The notes under the pieces: model-generated
Seen by the model: only the letters and a program-made list of their open reading frames with translations
Databases searched by the model: none
What the model was told of the DNA's origin: nothing
Shown: in pieces, positions 56,103-56,259 of the stretch
How positions within the stretch are numbered: position 1 is the stretch's first letter
Layout: the number at the start of each line of letters is the position of its first letter
Origin: Candidatus Omnitrophota bacterium
GTDB taxonomy: Bacteria; Omnitrophota; Gorgyraeia; Gygaellales; Profunditerraquicolaceae
Assembly: GCA_041650295.1 (NCBI GenBank)
Contig: JBAZLM010000007.1
Location: 1 to 56,259 of the forward strand
DNA length: 56,259 bases
Direction of reading: 5' to 3'
Made by a program: the position numbers and the translations under genes

Positions 56103-56259
56103 CTACTTCTTGTCTTTCTCCTTACCTTCATCAGCTGCCGCAGCTTCCCCGGCAACTTCTTTCTTCTCTTTAATTACTTCTGGCTCAGCTTTAGTTTCTC
56201 CTTCAACCCCTTCGACTGGCTCTTCTTCTTTCATTGGAGCAATAACATGCAACACGATG
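56103..56259 (-). CDS. C-terminal fragment of 50S ribosomal protein L25/Ctc (runs off the window)
   Basis: My translation: ...IVLHVIAPMKEEEPVEGVEGETKAEPEVIKEKKEVAGEAAAADEGKEKDKK, then a stop. The acidic tail and the position upstream of pth fit ctc. Only 51 codons are visible. Confidence 0.5.
   Translation of the reverse strand, partial: IVLHVIAPMKEEEPVEGVEGETKAEPEVIKEKKEVAGEAAAADEGKEKDKK

Noticed and set aside
1-56259. CRISPR arrays, transposases and IS elements, prophage genes, toxin-antitoxin pairs, restriction-modification or other known defence systems.
   Set aside because: I saw no regularly spaced repeats, and none of the ORF translations shows the corresponding signatures.

Overview
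56.3-kb AT-rich window from a diderm bacterium (lipid A genes, BamA, Skp, TolC), probably an uncultivated anaerobe; the phylum cannot be fixed from sequence alone. Every credible gene (about 60 CDS and 5 tRNAs) is on the minus strand, and all plus-strand ORFs in the track look like antisense shadows. In transcription order (high to low coordinates): ctc(partial)-pth-rpsF-ssb-rpsR-rplI-dnaB; the envelope block bamA-skp-lpxD-lpxC/fabZ-lpxA-lpxI; a CBM48 protein and a radical SAM protein; tRNA-Arg; a five-gene operon (OM beta-barrel, two secreted NTF2-like/CARDB proteins, a 1521-aa Ig-repeat giant protein, a patatin lipoprotein); a marR-tolC-MFP-RND-PII-like efflux operon; a roughly 6-kb lipoprotein-rich cluster (LpoB-like, YcfL-like, CsgG/FlgT-like domain fused to a trypsin-like protease, TPR lipoprotein, three small paralogous lipoproteins); tRNA-Lys; serS, a membrane protein and three tandem tRNA-Ser; a ClC channel, four MscS-type channels, a TrkA-C channel and a GT4; an operon combining a sensor-HAMP-OtsA fusion, MscS, OtsB, an unknown repeat protein, TreT and a half-size TauE; and a Fur-headed 12-gene Fe-S/NifX-like cluster. 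I saw no CRISPR array, transposase, integrase, phage gene or known defence gene. The best candidates for undescribed biology are the lipoprotein cluster with the CsgG-protease fusion, the OMP/giant-protein/patatin operon, the Fur-controlled metallocluster operon and the membrane-sensor OtsA fusion. Three genes are disrupted: an in-frame TGA, a frameshift, and an in-frame TAA that removes an OMP beta-signal. All homology calls come from motif recognition by eye and none was checked against a database.
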